DNA from: Paraphysomonas bandaiensis
Lineage: Eukaryota; Protista; Chrysophyceae
Length of the DNA stretch: 64,000 nt
Direction: 5' to 3'
NCBI GenBank assembly: GCA_965644295.1
Contig: CBFFRP010000153.1
Location: 1-64,000, forward strand
The translations under genes and the position numbers were made by a program. This document shows, in pieces, positions 21,857-36,374 of the stretch; position 1 is the first letter of the stretch, and the number at the start of each line of letters is the position of its first letter. A model generated the notes under the pieces. It was not told the DNA's origin. It saw only the letters and a list, made by a program, of their open reading frames with translations, and did not search any database.

Positions 21857-24585
21857 CTACTTCGAATTCAGTGACATTTGCCTTTCAAACTCTTTGGCTT
21901 CGCGTATAACAACTCTTCTTGTAGGGCTTGCGAAAGCAATCCAGAAAACACACGCAGTGAAACAAAAGGCAAAGCCAGCCATAGTTCCAATAATTATCCT
22001 CGCAGTATCGGACAGTCCAGATACCTGCTCCGACTTGTCGATTTCATATTCATACTCTCCGATTTCTCCGGATATTACGAGAGCATACGGCTGTGTGCGG
22101 GAAAGTGAATGGCCAGTAACAGTAACAGTGTAGGAGGCATTTCGAGCCGGGTATTCGATGATAACAAATTCGTGGTTATTGCGGCGATCAAACTGTCCAC
22201 CAGAGTTGGTGACTAATGGGTAGAACGTATGAGTGTCGTTGGAGACAGTCAAATCGAGATCATTAACGAGCGCATTGGATGCACCAACAGTTCCGAAATA
22301 GTCAGTGTATGACAGAGTCACCTGCAATATCTCAGGAATTAAACCCAGCGTAAAAACAATGCGTGTAGAAAACCACAGCAATACTGTATATTTCAGTATA
22401 CAACTCAGGTTCACTCAAAGGCGCACTGCAGCATGCTCTACACTAACGTACCCGAACTGCAGACAGCTTCTTTATGTCTTGGGTAGTAAATGTATACGTG
22501 TGCGGAGGAGATTCAGTCGTCATCTCTACATAGTGTGGCTCAGAGCTGGACGCTGAGCCCAGTACAAAAAGTGATAAACCATCAAGTGTGGAGTTGGAGA
22601 ACGAGAGTGCGGCATTCAGCTGCGCCCTTCCGTATCCCTGGTTATCGTCACCCCATGTGGTACTCGACGACACCTCCCCGTCATTTATTTGCCGAAGCGC
22701 TTGGCCGCCGTGCGTAAGCATAGCTTTCACAAGTGCACCAGAGGGATTGAACCCATCCAACTCAGGCCGGCGAGTTCCTGAGGGGTACCACCCATCCATG
22801 AAGTACTGTCGAACAACAACTGCGTACCCAGCTAGCAACGGGGTAGAGAAGGATGTACCTGAAGTTGTTTCCACGGAGCAGTGCTCGGAGGAAGGGTTAC
22901 CTTCCGCATGAGCGTTCGTTATAAGCTTGCCTATAAAGAATGGTAAGTATTCACAGATATAATACAGACATAGAGCAAGGATGTAGACTATTGACGATAG
23001 CTCCCAAGACATACATATGTTTTACGCTCACCAACAGCACATATCTCCGGCTTGAGTCGCCCATCATCCGTCGGGCCACGAGACGAGAACTCGGCAAGGC
23101 TTGACTTATCCAGTGTCACCGTGCTAGTGCTCGCCTTACCCACAGAAAACCAGTACGTCTCGTCGTTAAGGCTAGCCCCTACCGCGACGCCATTCTTATT
23201 AGTGGCCGGAGAACCGACAGTACTCTCGCCATCCGCTCCAGAGTTTCCAGCCGCCGTCAGAATGAGGCAATCTTTATTATCCCACATGAATCTATCCACG
23301 TACCTGTATAATATTGCATAGAGTTTGAAACAGATTTGTTATATATGTAAATGGAATCGGGCAAAAAAGTGGGCAACAATATAGGATTGGTATGAAATAA
23401 TATCAGCATAACACACCTCGCCTGAGTTGTGTATGCACTTGATTCACTGCCCCAAGACATGCTCTGAATAACCGCTCCTCTGTTGTACAGCACCTGATAG
23501 ATACCATCGTAGTAGTTTGATGGCGCTATAATGGTAGCGTCCCCGCTATTTCCCATATCCATAAAGGCAACTTTTGCATCGAATGCAGCCCCGTCGTATT
23601 GTACATTGTCGCTTGTAACGTCGCGACACTTTCCGAGAGCCGTACCCACCACAGTGGTACCATGCCCATTCTCATCAATATCGTCCTGGTAGGTGTAATA
23701 ATACACAATCTTGCGGTGACTTTCGTCAACAACGTCGTATGGAACTTCCACGTCAGGGTCATAGAAAAAGCACGAGTAACCATCAAGTCCCGTGTCTCCA
23801 ATGCCAATAATGTGTCCCCTTCCAGTAAGGTTGGCAGCATACATCGGCAGAAGATCTGGGTTACCAGACTGCACAACACCATTAGCATAACGAGAGTAAG
23901 CAACCATATCATGTCGCTGCTCTATCCATTGAACATTTGCCATATTGGAAAACGTGACTACGGCTTCTTCGGCATCCTCGCAAAATGCATTGAGTGTAAT
24001 GATATTCTCGGAGTTAACTCGCAGTCCTTCAATATCTCCCTTGTGAAGGGTATACTTTGGACCTAACTGCCTCAGGTGTGAAACTAAAAAATCTAATTCC
24101 CGATCACTCATAGGCAAAAACACAATGCTCAAGGACACCATGCCATCTCGGTTGGAACATAAGCTATCAATATTTAAATCTCTATCAACCTTTAGTTCAG
24201 GGAGGAACGGAACCATATCCAAAACAGTTTCCGAATGAGCCGAGAGCAAAGTTCTCATATAATTGATATCCGCATGCGCCAAGGCGTGGTCCGAGTTGAT
24301 AATGCTGTAGTGAAATCCTCTACTGACCAGCGCTTGCTCGATCTCATTGTGACACACACCTCCGCACTTCTCTCTCAACTGCACTATGAAAGGGTACTTC
24401 TCCGATCGCTCAAGTGAGTTGATGAAGCTTCTCTGTCTACGACTAAAGTGAGACTCCGAAGAGAATTTTGCCTTGGAGTTACTTCGAAAGAGACCATCCC
24501 ACGAGCTTCTTGATCTGATGGCCCCAACTCCACCACACACACACAGACATACAAGCAACAACAGAGTCAGTGAACGGGAGATCAT
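21857..24585 (-). CDS. Secreted/membrane-anchored subtilisin-like S8 serine protease (KP-43-like), multi-exon
   Basis: Signal-like MISRSLTLLLLV. Triad motifs IGDTG, NGHGTTVVG and GTSFSTP. Also AAGNSG, FSSRGPTDDGRLKPE, LVNDLDL and a C-terminal TM helix. Exon boundaries approximate. Confidence 0.9.
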
Positions 24586-24946
24586 ATAGAGAGGTTGCTG
24601 GAGTACAAGTGACGAGCGATCTAATGATATTAATGTACACAAGTATCACCACAGTTCAAATATAAATGACTGTGCGATGAGTTGTTATGAGGGTATGATA
24701 CGCCACAGCAGGCTATACGGCATATATATGTACAGTGCGGTATAATGCCGGTATCTGATACGGATATAATCTGCATCACTGGTATACCTCCAGCAGTACA
24801 CCCGATTCAGCACACTACCTACATACAGCTGCACTGTGATCGAAAAAATGGAGAAGGGAATATCCGGCACCGCTGTATACCATCATGGTATACCGCTATA
24901 TGATACGGACCATCGCCATGACGTATACTCAGAATACAGACACCCC

Positions 24947-27893
24947 CCATCAACTGAGATCCATCCATCTATTGAGATCCATCTATTGAGATCCATCCAT
25001 CTATTGAGATCCATCTATTGAGATCCATCTATTGAGATCCATCTATTGAGATCCATCCATCTATTGAGATCCATCTATTGAGATCCATCCATCTATTGAG
25101 ATCCATCTATTGAGATCCATCCATCTATTGAGATCCATCTATTGAGATCCATCTATTGAGATCCATCTATTGAGATCCATCTATTGAGATCCATCTATTG
25201 AGATCCATCTATTGAGATCCATCAATTGAGATCCATCTATTGAGATCCATCTATTGAGATCCATCTATTGAGATCCATCTATTGAGATCCATCTATTGAG
25301 ATCCATCTATTGAGATCCATCTATTGAGATCCATCTATTGAGATCCATCTATTGAGATCCATCTATTGAGATCCATCTATCGAGATCCATCTATCGAGAT
25401 CCATCTATTGAGATCCATCTATTGAGATCCATCTATTGAGATCCATCTATTGAGATCCATCTATTGAGATCCATCTATTGAGATCCATCTATTGAGATCC
25501 ATCTATTGAGATCCATCTATTGAGATCCATCAACTGCGATCCATCAACTGAGATCCATCTATTGAGATCCATCTATTGAGATCCATCTATTGAGATCCAT
25601 CTATTGAGATCCATCAACTGAGATCCATCAACTGAGATCCATCTATTGAGATCCATCTATTGAGATCCATCTATTGAGATCCATCTATTGAGATCCATCT
25701 ATTGAGATCCATCTATTGAGATCCATCAACTGAGATCCATCAACTGAGATCCATCTATTGAGATCCATCTATTGAGATCCATCCATCTATTGAGATCCAT
25801 CTATTGAGATCCATCCATCTATTGAGATCCATCTATTGAGATCCATCTATTGAGATCCATCCATCTATTGAGATCCATCTATTGAGATCCATCTATTGAG
25901 ATCCATCTATTGAGATCCATCTATTGAGATCCATCTATTGAGATCCATCTATTGAGATCCATCAACTGAGATCCATCAACTGAGATCCATCTATTGAGAT
26001 CCATCTATTGAGATCCATCCATCTATTGAGATCCATCTATTGAGATCCATCTATTGAGATCCATCTATTGAGATCCATCCATCTATTGAGATCCATCTAT
26101 TGAGATCCATCTATTGAGATCCATCTATTGAGATCCATCTATTGAGATCCATCCATCTATTGAGATCCATCTATTGAGATCCATCTATTGAGATCCATCC
26201 ATCTATTGAGATCCATCTATTGAGATCCATCTATTGAGATCCATCTATTGAGATCCATCAACTGAGATCCATCTATTGAGATCCATCCATCTATTGAGAT
26301 CCATCTATTGAGATCCATCTATTGAGATCCATCTATTGAGATCCATCTATTGAGATCCATCTATTGAGATCCATCTATTGAGATCCATCTATTGAGATCC
26401 ATCTATTGAGATCCATCTATTGAGATCCATCTATTGAGATCCATCTATTGAGATCCATCTATTGAGATCCATCCATCTATTGAGATCCATCTATTGAGAT
26501 CCATCCATCTATTGAGATCCATCCATCTATTGAGATCCATCCATCTATTGAGATCCATCTATTGAGATCCATCTATTGAGATCCATCCATCTATTGAGAT
26601 CCATCTATTGAGATCCATCTATTGAGATCCATCTATTGAGATCCATCTATTGAGATCCATCCATCTATTGAGATCCATCCATCTATTGAGATCCATCTAT
26701 TGAGATCCATCCATCTATTGAGATCCATCTATTGAGATCCATCTATTGAGATCCATCTATTGAGATCCATCAACTGAGATCCATCAACTGAGATCCATCT
26801 ATTGAGATCCATCTATTGAGATCCATCCATCTATTGAGATCCATCTATTGAGATCCATCTATTGAGATCCATCTATTGAGATCCATCCATCTATTGAGAT
26901 CCATCTATTGAGATCCATCTATTGAGATCCATCTATTGAGATCCATCTATTGAGATCCATCTATTGAGATCCATCCATCTATTGAGATCCATCTATTGAG
27001 ATCCATCTATTGAGATCCATCCATCTATTGAGATCCATCCATCTATTGAGATCCATCTATTGAGATCCATCCATCTATTGAGATCCATCTATTGAGATCC
27101 ATCTATTGAGATCCATCTATTGAGATCCATCTATTGAGATCCATCTATTGAGATCCATCTATTGAGATCCATCTATTGAGATCCATCTATTGAGATCCAT
27201 CTATTGAGATCCATCTATTGAGATCCATCTATTGAGATCCATCTATTGAGATCCATCTATTGAGATCCATCTATTGAGATCCATCCATCTATTGAGATCC
27301 ATCTATTGAGATCCATCTATTGAGATCCATCTATTGAGATCCATCCATCTATTGAGATCCATCTATTGAGATCCATCTATTGAGATCCATCTATTGAGAT
27401 CCATCTATTGAGATCCATCTATTGAGATCCATCTATTGAGATCCATCTATTGAGATCCATCTATTGAGATCCATCTATTGAGATCCATCTATTGAGATCC
27501 ATCTATTGAGATCCATCTATTGAGATCCATCTATTGAGATCCATCTATTGAGATCCATCAACTGCGATCCATCAACTGAGATCCATCTATTGAGATCCAT
27601 CTATTGAGATCCATCTATTGAGATCCATCAACTGAGATCCATCAACTGAGATCCATCTATTGAGATCCATCTATTGAGATCCATCAACTGAGATCCATCT
27701 ATTGAGATCCATCTATTGAGATCCATCAACTGAGATCCATCAACTGAGATCCATCTATTGAGATCCATCTATTGAGATCCATCTATTGAGATCCATCAAC
27801 TGAGATCCATCTATTGAGATCCATCTATTGAGATCCATCTATTGAGATCCATCAACTGAGATCCATCTATTGAGATCCATCTATTGAGATCCA
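24947..27893. repeat. Tandem satellite of roughly 200 units: GAGATCCATCTATT (14 bp), with variants GAGATCCATCCATCTATT (18 bp) and GAGATCCATCAACT
   Basis: Directly visible homogeneous tandem array. Confidence 0.98.
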
Positions 27894-28433
27894 CCTGCTA
27901 TGGTGTTATAACTTGAAGGTGTTCGTATTGTGGGCATAATAGAAAACGAAAAACTAAGCAAGCGAACTCAGAAAACACTACTTGCGTCATTGTTCAATAT
28001 GGCTTCCAGTTGGAGTAATTAGAAGCTGCATTTCAAGGTATTTGAATTATAACCGTTTCTTGAGTAATACAGTTGCCAGAGAAACCACTGTAAGACATTT
28101 GATGACTGAAGTACTTTGACTGTATTAGATCGTGACTATATATCGAAGATCTGATTCTGTAATATTGACTGATAATTGAGATGATATATATCTAGTGAAT
28201 GATGATGAATGATTAGATGTTAAACTGATTGTAATTTTTACTCATTGATAATTTACTTAGTTCAACGCTATAAGTTACTTAATTTTTAACCATATCCTAA
28301 TATCAAACACTCATAGTCATAAAGTTATGACTGCATGCAATGATCGCACTTATTGCAATAATATTTCTCCGTTGTTCATGGCCACTACATACCGACCGAC
28401 TATGAAAGATAAAGAACATTTATGTATGAACTA

Positions 28434-29006
28434 CCTTCAACAAAGTCGGACTTGCACCATTCCGTGGTGTTCTTATAAGGGGTAAGTACCGGAGAGAACG
28501 GAAGTGGTTGCACCTTGGTGCTTGCGGCGACGCACAAGCAGCTTTCGTAGCGTTAAATAGTAGGATAAAAGAGTTTGTATTGATTAGTTACGGGTAGTGG
28601 TCTAACTAGTATGACTAGCATTCTTCTAGCCACTAATTGATGCAAGGTCTCAACGCCTATTGCTAAATAATCAGACATTCACTACTAAGTACCGGAGATA
28701 TTTCTCCGGGAAACTAACGCGAGCAGCATATTATATAGTCAGCGGATAACATTCTGCCCATACATGCATAACCTAATGCTTGTGTGGTACAAGGGACACT
28801 AATAAGGGCCACTTGCGTAGACGTCTTTGGACCTTGATGAATAAACAGGCATACGGGAATGAGCCCACCTCAATGACACCTGGGGTATATTGGGCTGCCT
28901 GCTAAAGTCAAGCATCCGTGCTGTTGTGCTGTTCACCTTAAGGACTCTAAAATTCTGAAGTCAGTATATGTCAACATTCCGCTTGCTCACTGCGTTTGCT
29001 TTGAGA
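28434..29006 (+). mobile_element. SINE-like copy carrying a nested 5'-truncated copy (28496-28685) with 13-bp TSD
   Basis: TAAGTACCGGAGA at 28483-28495 and 28686-28698 flanks a tail-only copy. Confidence 0.82.
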
Positions 29007-29292
29007 GTTTGAGTTACAGCGTATCAAAGTTTGACAGAAGTATTAACTTAGCAACAGAAGGTAAACTAATACTCAATGCTGAGAATTATAAATTATAATC
29101 AATATCTCTTATCATTCACCAATTTCATGTTGTCTCTACTACCACATATTTATTGTACGATCTTACTTCGTCACTACAACTTGCATCGTCACTATATTCC
29201 ATCTGGTTGAGGTTGGTATACATAGACAACATGTGCGAGCTTTGGCAGAATGAAGATTTTATCTTACTAAGTAGGATTCAAAAATATGTCAC

Positions 29293-32200
29293 CTATACAA
29301 TCTGTGTCTTAGAGTTGAACAAAAACGAATAGACACTACGTTGTTGATTGTCTACTAACGTTGGTTGTGTCGCCTTTCCTTCTGAACTAGAATCGCTTGT
29401 ACTACTATTTGACCTACCCTTAGATTCTTGGTCCTTCTCTAGAGATAATAACGTTTCGACGATGTACGGATAACTACCACGCAACAAAGCTACTAGAGAA
29501 GGACACCCTGCCTTGACCGCACGCCACGAGATTAAAAGAAGAGTGGAATCAGTCACCACCTTCTGCTCAGAGTTCAACTTGTCGTTGTCCGCAGCCTGAG
29601 TTATCTGCGCCCCCACAGGGTGAGGCTCCGGCGATAAAGTATGTACACTTGTGCTACTTGAAGGGGGTCGCTGCAAAAGACGCAAGAGTGATCCGATCAT
29701 TCCGACATACTCATCTCGCACAGATGGAACTGATGACGCCACGTTGATATTCTGCGCCAGAATAGTCATATACCTTAACCACAACGACTGAAATTTTTCG
29801 TCATTCCGTATGGCCTTAAAGTGCAAAACCATGGTATCAAATACTATCACCGAGCACCGAAGGCACATTTCTAAGACCTGCTCCTTTTCTTTTAGCGGAA
29901 GTGGTTGAATCGTACCATTGGAGTGACGTCTCGCTCTAGTTTGTTGGATATCACGGCATGTCTTGTCGGTGCTACTCGGGAGTCGACTTATCATTTCAAT
30001 CAAGGCGTCCAGCCATGCACGAGGTGGTAGAGATGGGGTAAGACGAGCCGCCATCAAAATTGCCTGCCAAAGATGAAATTAAAATCATAATTTTCGGTAT
30101 AAACTACAGAAACTATGAGCAGTACCTTCAAACAAAACGTGGCATTCCTGGATATCTCAAGGGGTCTTGTATTAGCAAACTCGCAGAAAATTTTTATGTT
30201 GTCCAGCCACAAATTCACCACTTCCTCAATATGCAGGAAGTCAACACACACCACAGTAACCACAGTCGTTGTTCCGGCTGTATCCGACGCCTGCATACTC
30301 GATCCTGCAGCAGATGACTGTGGACTGGGAGAATCTTTTGTGGCGGAAGCGGCCGAAGAAGACAATGAGTCATGAAACAATCCAGCAGACTCAGTGTTAG
30401 GTATAGGAAATTTCATAAATTGAGGAGTACGGATCGTAGCACCACATACACCAGCATTACGAGGCAAGGAATCTTGTTGATCTATAGTTTTTTTCGGTTC
30501 ACTATACTGGTGAGAACCCTCTTGATCTGTTGCCTTTCGAGACGTCGAAGAGATCGCGCCTCTACGAGCGTCCATTGCCAACGAATAGCCCGCAATACCC
30601 ATCAAAGTCAACCGCATTAAGTGGAAGAGTGCCCCTGTTATCCATGGATTCCGGTGAGGCATTTGAGACTCGCGAATACTTACGGGGTCAGCACTGGGCA
30701 TAACACTCTCTGCCACGTTCCTACATAACATCACACCATCAGAAGGAGACATCACTACACTGCGACGAAGAGAAGGAAAAATCGAAAGTCAAAACAACAA
30801 CAGGAACATAACTGTCACCTATTCATGAACTGAATGACCAAGTGCCGACAGGGAGTAAAATTCATACTATTTATGAGGTTATTGTCAATTAGAAAGCATA
30901 TAATCTCCCAGACGTATGGTTGACCAAGTGAACTAGCAGCAGCAGAAGATAAAAGGCTAAATATAAGAAACCACTGCTCCAATGTAGACACAGCCGCTAC
31001 CCCAGGTGAACCTCTGTCGATCACGCAATTAGTCAAATGACCATTGATATAGGACGGGGAGAATATAGGTATACTTTATAAGCATCATGGTTTAAGTGTA
31101 CGTAAGCCGTGAAAGACATATCGTATAATTTGCTGAAAATGGCACATTATACCTGATAAATGTAACGAGCCCAGCCCCTAGTCTGTCCGCAATATTGACA
31201 AATATCTCATGAGGAACCTCACGCAGTAGTCTCATAGATGCCCATACACACTGAGACGAAGTGCATTGCATACTTCCGATAGCTCCGCCAGTCATCGCTG
31301 GAAGAGTGGCAGTCAAACCGTCCTTGAATTCATCTTCTGGAGACTGTAGGAGATGTACCGCGGCTCGGATGACAGCAACGACAGATCTCTCCACAAGGTA
31401 CGGGCATGACAGCAACATGTCATCCACAGCCTCTTCCAGAACGTACTTTAAAAAATCTGCCATAAATAAATGACTACGTAGTGTAAAATAAATGTTGTAG
31501 TAATACCATGAACATGTGGCCACACGTATGCCGCACGGGACCTATTCACAGACACTATTTTGCTAACCCACTCTAACAGAAGGACGGCGTTACTTTCAAC
31601 AACATCCTGGGCACTTCGCTTCTTGTCTGGGAGTTTTTTGTCTATTGTCGTTGCCAAGTGTACATCTCTACTAAGTGTACTACTATTATCCGAGTCAAAA
31701 CCGAAAAAAGAGTCTATCCTATTTTGATGTTTCATGGTATGTAAAGTTTCAGTTCGGCGAATGAAGTCTGCCATTGCTGCTCGGGATCCAACAGCTTCGC
31801 CGAGCATGCACCATATAACATATCCAAGTCTGTCACAAGTAATGTCTTTTGTGCAACTAAACAGAAGTGCCTCGATAGTTCGACTTGAGAGGCATAACCC
31901 AAGCATGCGTCGAGATTTCGCAGACATTTCAACCCTTGAACGTCGACTGGTGTAGCCAGTAGAAGAAGTTGGTGGTGTTGCCTGTCCACCAGGAGCCCAA
32001 AGAAGACCGCCGAGACTTGCTACAGATTCCCACAAAGATGAATCACGGCCATTATCAAGCATTCCATTGGTTAGCTTCATTCGAGCTTCGGCTTCTAACA
32101 ATTGCTGTTCGCATCGCTCCGCGTAAACCGAAGGAGGAAGAATGGTTCCTTTCGCATTACTGAAATCTTCTAATTCGGTTACTTCTTTTGGTAGAACATG

Positions 32201-35200
32201 TCTGCTATGTGCCCAAAGTAGCACTCTCGTAAGCGCTAGCCAAGACCCTTTGCTGATATGAGCGCTGCATTTCCGTCCTATATGAAATAGAAGAAGGAGA
32301 AGCATGTGGCCCCGCACATGTCTTAGCCCATTCCACGGAGTGTCGTCGTGAGATGCAGATATCAAAGGGCCAGGACCACTACAAGATTCTGTGTTTTCAC
32401 CCTGAGCTGTGTTTTCGTGTTCCATTCGACCATGCCTCCACATAGCACCGTATTTTACCAACCGATCAAAGTCAATAGTCACAAGCACATCTATTTGTGA
32501 GGAATCTATTTGATCTGATTGTCCAGTGGATTCATCTTTCTCCAAAGCAGAGAGCGCGAAGCAAGCAATTAATTGTATCATACTGTACACAACATCACCA
32601 TATATAACGACTCACATAATCCAGGACATACCTATCCAAATGATCTGCCATGTCTAATGTGAGACAGACTGTAGCATAGTCACAGAGTCCAGCCAGTATT
32701 CTACAGCCACATAAAATAGATAAGATTTTAAAATATAAACCAACCTGCATAATAATATGTCGTCGTCAGTGCAGCACCACACATCCAACACCACATCCAA
32801 GACCTGAACACAAAATTACCACCGGAACAATTCATTATACATAATCCGTACTTGCTTGGCCATAACTTGAAACATATCTCTTTCGTGTGCAGATGGGGGA
32901 AATAAACTCAGGGCTCCTGAAGCACATGTATCATCCCCATTTGCACCTCGGCGGGCAGCAACAGTGGGCGTAAAGGAAGCAGGAGCTTGATGGGCCAGTC
33001 CTTTGTGGATAAGCTTCTTCCAACTAGCTGTGTCTGAGTAATCTACCCTAGCTGAGTCAGCATCGGTTATCGCAGCATCAACCTACATTCATAATGAGAA
33101 AGAACGCAAATGCCTTGAATAGGTCCAAATTTACCATTATTTCTTTTGATTTAATTTCGTGATACAGCTCTTCCAAATATTCCCTCGGCAAATCTTCTCC
33201 TCCATTAATGCCACGATTATTTCGGATGAAATCTTCAACCTTCATTCTATTACTTGTCATTGACGGATTATGCAGGTCTGTATTGAGCATAATGATAGAA
33301 AACGCAAGAATGAATGCAGCATCCGCGGAAACAAACGGATTTCCTTGTCCTAGAAACGAAAATATACGTCCAGCAAATGCTTCCATTAATCGGTCAATAC
33401 ATTGCGCTTCACCAGGAAGCCGAAAGTGGCCTAAGAAATTTCGAAGTGCGTCGACAAATGAAGTTGACGACGAAAACGTAAACGTGTTGACATACTCCTT
33501 CAATACCTCCGCATGAAACGGATACTTGTCTGCTGGACCCTTGCTTAAGTACTCACCAACTTGAGTTTTACCAAGCCCGGGTGTATTTTTCAGAAACTCC
33601 GCAATATCCTTAGCCGAGCACAGTCCAGCACCGGCGCCACCACCAGTGCTCTCCGCACCAATCTGAATTTTGGGCAATAGTGATAGATCCGCAGCAAAAC
33701 GTACCCAATCTGAGCTGAGAGGTTTTTCATTAAATTTCTCAGATGCAAGCCGGAGACGTTGCTTTTTTAACTTTCGCTGTCGCAGTATTTCGGCAGTTTT
33801 CGCACGGGCGAGATGAATAAACTCTGATTCATCTTCCTCGTCAACAGACGGTGAGGTGGACTCATCAGTTACACTTCGAACCATTTGAACCGGTCGAACA
33901 ACAGCTTCCCGCAGGTCACCTGTACTCCTACTGACAATACCAGTTCGTATCATTTCCGTTCCACTGCTACTCTCTACCGTGAGTTTGCTCGGCAGCTTCT
34001 TATTTAACTCACTCACAGGCGAATGTGGAGAGTCGTTATCGTCGTCATCACCTTCCAGACACCACCTATCCACATCAGACAGAGTCTTGCGCATAGGTAT
34101 TGGTACAGGAGGGGTGCAGCTTGATCCTGACCCACTAGATAAAGGTGCAAAATCCATTTGCTCCTTCGTTTCGACCGCGCACAGCTCCCCACTAAGAGCT
34201 CGAGATACACCCGAAGATGAAGGGGGGTTGCGGCTAGATGATTGAGATTGCATATATGAGCACCGTACCGCAACTGCATGCAGAATAATCAACACACCTT
34301 CGAGCGAGAGACGGTTCAATATATTAACAAAAGAGACATTGGTAGCAATTGGTTTGGAGTTTGGGGCGGGGCGAGATGAGTTATGTTGTACGGACAAAGC
34401 TCCGGATGGAGTAGCCCGGGCACATAGAGTAGTGACAATAGAGTCAAAGAGGTTTGTACACTGCACATCACAATCGTAGTTTGTGTAGATATCATGCATA
34501 AGCGATGGCTCTCGACAGAATTCCAGAAGAGATTCAAGGGCTAATTCTTCCCGAGCAAAGCTAATAGCTGTCGCATTCAAGATTGCCGTAGAAGGATGCA
34601 ATATACGCAAGTGTACAGAGGTTAAAAACACTTCTAATTGAACTTTCATATGATCTTTGATCGACATGAATAAGTTGAAAACTACTCGCAGTGACAGACT
34701 AAAAACAGCTAGATTCTCAGACTGGGAAGTGTTGAGCAAATGGCGACACACATCGCCCCGTAAAACATCAACCAAAAAGTCCATTGTACCCAGCGAAGGC
34801 CCACCCGCTTCTAACGCTATATTTATAAGAGATAAATAAAATTGTACATTTTCAGGAGACGGCTTTTGCTTCGGGTCAATGTTATTAGATAGGGAGTGCA
34901 TGATACGACCCAGTAAAAGCGGAATGCCCTGAACACCTGATATGTTGTACTGTTCTGAAGCAGTCTCCCAGGTCCGCACAATGGACTCAGAAGATGTGCT
35001 GGTAGACTTTTGTAGTTCAAGCCTTCCTGTGTCTAGCTTCTGGGACGATCCAGATGGCGACATGCAGTCAGCGTCGAATTGAGATGGAGGGGATGGGGCA
35101 GGCAAGCTGCTGGCGCGACTAAATGTAGTTAGCGTCAGATGGCGCAGAGCAGTTTCCGCTTCAGATCGGAGTAGTTTAGATGCCCTGTATACAATTCCTA

Positions 35201-35918
35201 GTTAGTAGCGGTTCTTCCCACAGAGAAGTTGACCATATCACGAAAATCGCAATGGATTCATATACAATCCAACATTCGCACACAAAAGAGATAGTCATTC
35301 ATTCTAATAAAAATCTATAAAAAATGAAGTGAAATAATAAGGATTTCGCATGACATATGGTTGGTATTTTTCATAGGGTACCTACCTATGCTGACTGTGA
35401 ATCGACATGCATGTACTATAAATCTCCCATGCAGCTGATACTGTCAACAGGCCAGATGCATCGCACTGCAAACATAGTCCTGACAGCTCTAGGAGCTTCA
35501 TAAATATAACCTCATCACTTTCCCAGTTAGTTTCCTCAAAAAGGCAGCGCGGAATACAGCTTGCAATCAGATTGATTCCTTCGCTCGCTCGAATGAAATA
35601 CGGAGACAAAAAACCATATAGCACGAACTTACTGACAGAACTCAATGCTGCACTTGTCAATGGCCCACTGGCCTGCTCAGATATAATAACCTGATGAAAA
35701 GGCTGTAGATAGCTAACACAATCGACATTTCGTAAGTCAAATATTCCTTCCAACTGCTCGTTCAGTCGCCTAAAAGACTGCACTAGAGGGCTCTCATCCT
35801 GGATAAGAAGTTCTCCAGAAAAGCGTGCAGGGGCCGCCCACCGAGTATTCAGCCGTAATAAGGTCATTATATTATGAATTTCTCCTTTGATGCATGTAAC
35901 GCCATTGATGGATTCCAT
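29293..35918 (-). CDS. Large Sec7-domain ARF guanine-nucleotide exchange factor, GBF1/GNOM type, multi-exon
   Basis: N-terminal DCB-like region (GEIHNIMTLLR...SGPLTSAALSSV). HUS-box-like IYTNYDCD. Sec7 motifs FRLPGEAQCIDRLMEAFA and IIMLNTDLHNP. Downstream exons in ORFs 31448..32590, 31092..31523, 30815..31036, 30054..30755 and 29293..30057. Confidence 0.9.
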
Positions 35919-36374
35919 GTTATGCAGATGGATTGAATGGTTTGTTATCAATACAAGAGGCTCAGTTCATCAATGTACAGGCTCTTCTCATAACTCCGCT
36001 TCTGTCTCTAGCCTTCACTGTGGCGACATCAGATATCACTGTTAAATGCGTCCCCCTGCTGCTGGACTCACATGAACAAACTGATTGTATTGTGCACTGT
36101 ATTCATCATTCATACTACGGTATCATACATATGTGCTGTGCTGAGCTGTGCTGTTGCTGTACATACAGCAGTAGTAGTAATGTGTACTGTACAGTACTAG
36201 GAATTCGTAGGAATACGGGTCATTATACAGGATTTCACATCGACAACGACTGCAGCTCCACTACATACAGCACAGCACAGTATCTTGTTCAGTCTTCAGT
36301 CGGGACAGACACACACAGGTGCAGAGAGTATATATTTCCTATCATTTCATTACATTTCACAGGGTCTACTAAGA

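Noticed and set aside
24947-27893. Satellite as a CRISPR array or telomere
   Set aside because: There are no unique spacers and no cas genes, the context is eukaryotic, and the unit is not a canonical telomere repeat and lies internally between genes.
28545-28575. Pistol-ribozyme-like CGTTAAATAG
   Set aside because: No P1 loop pseudoknot partner and no downstream TTAAG...AGCG core.
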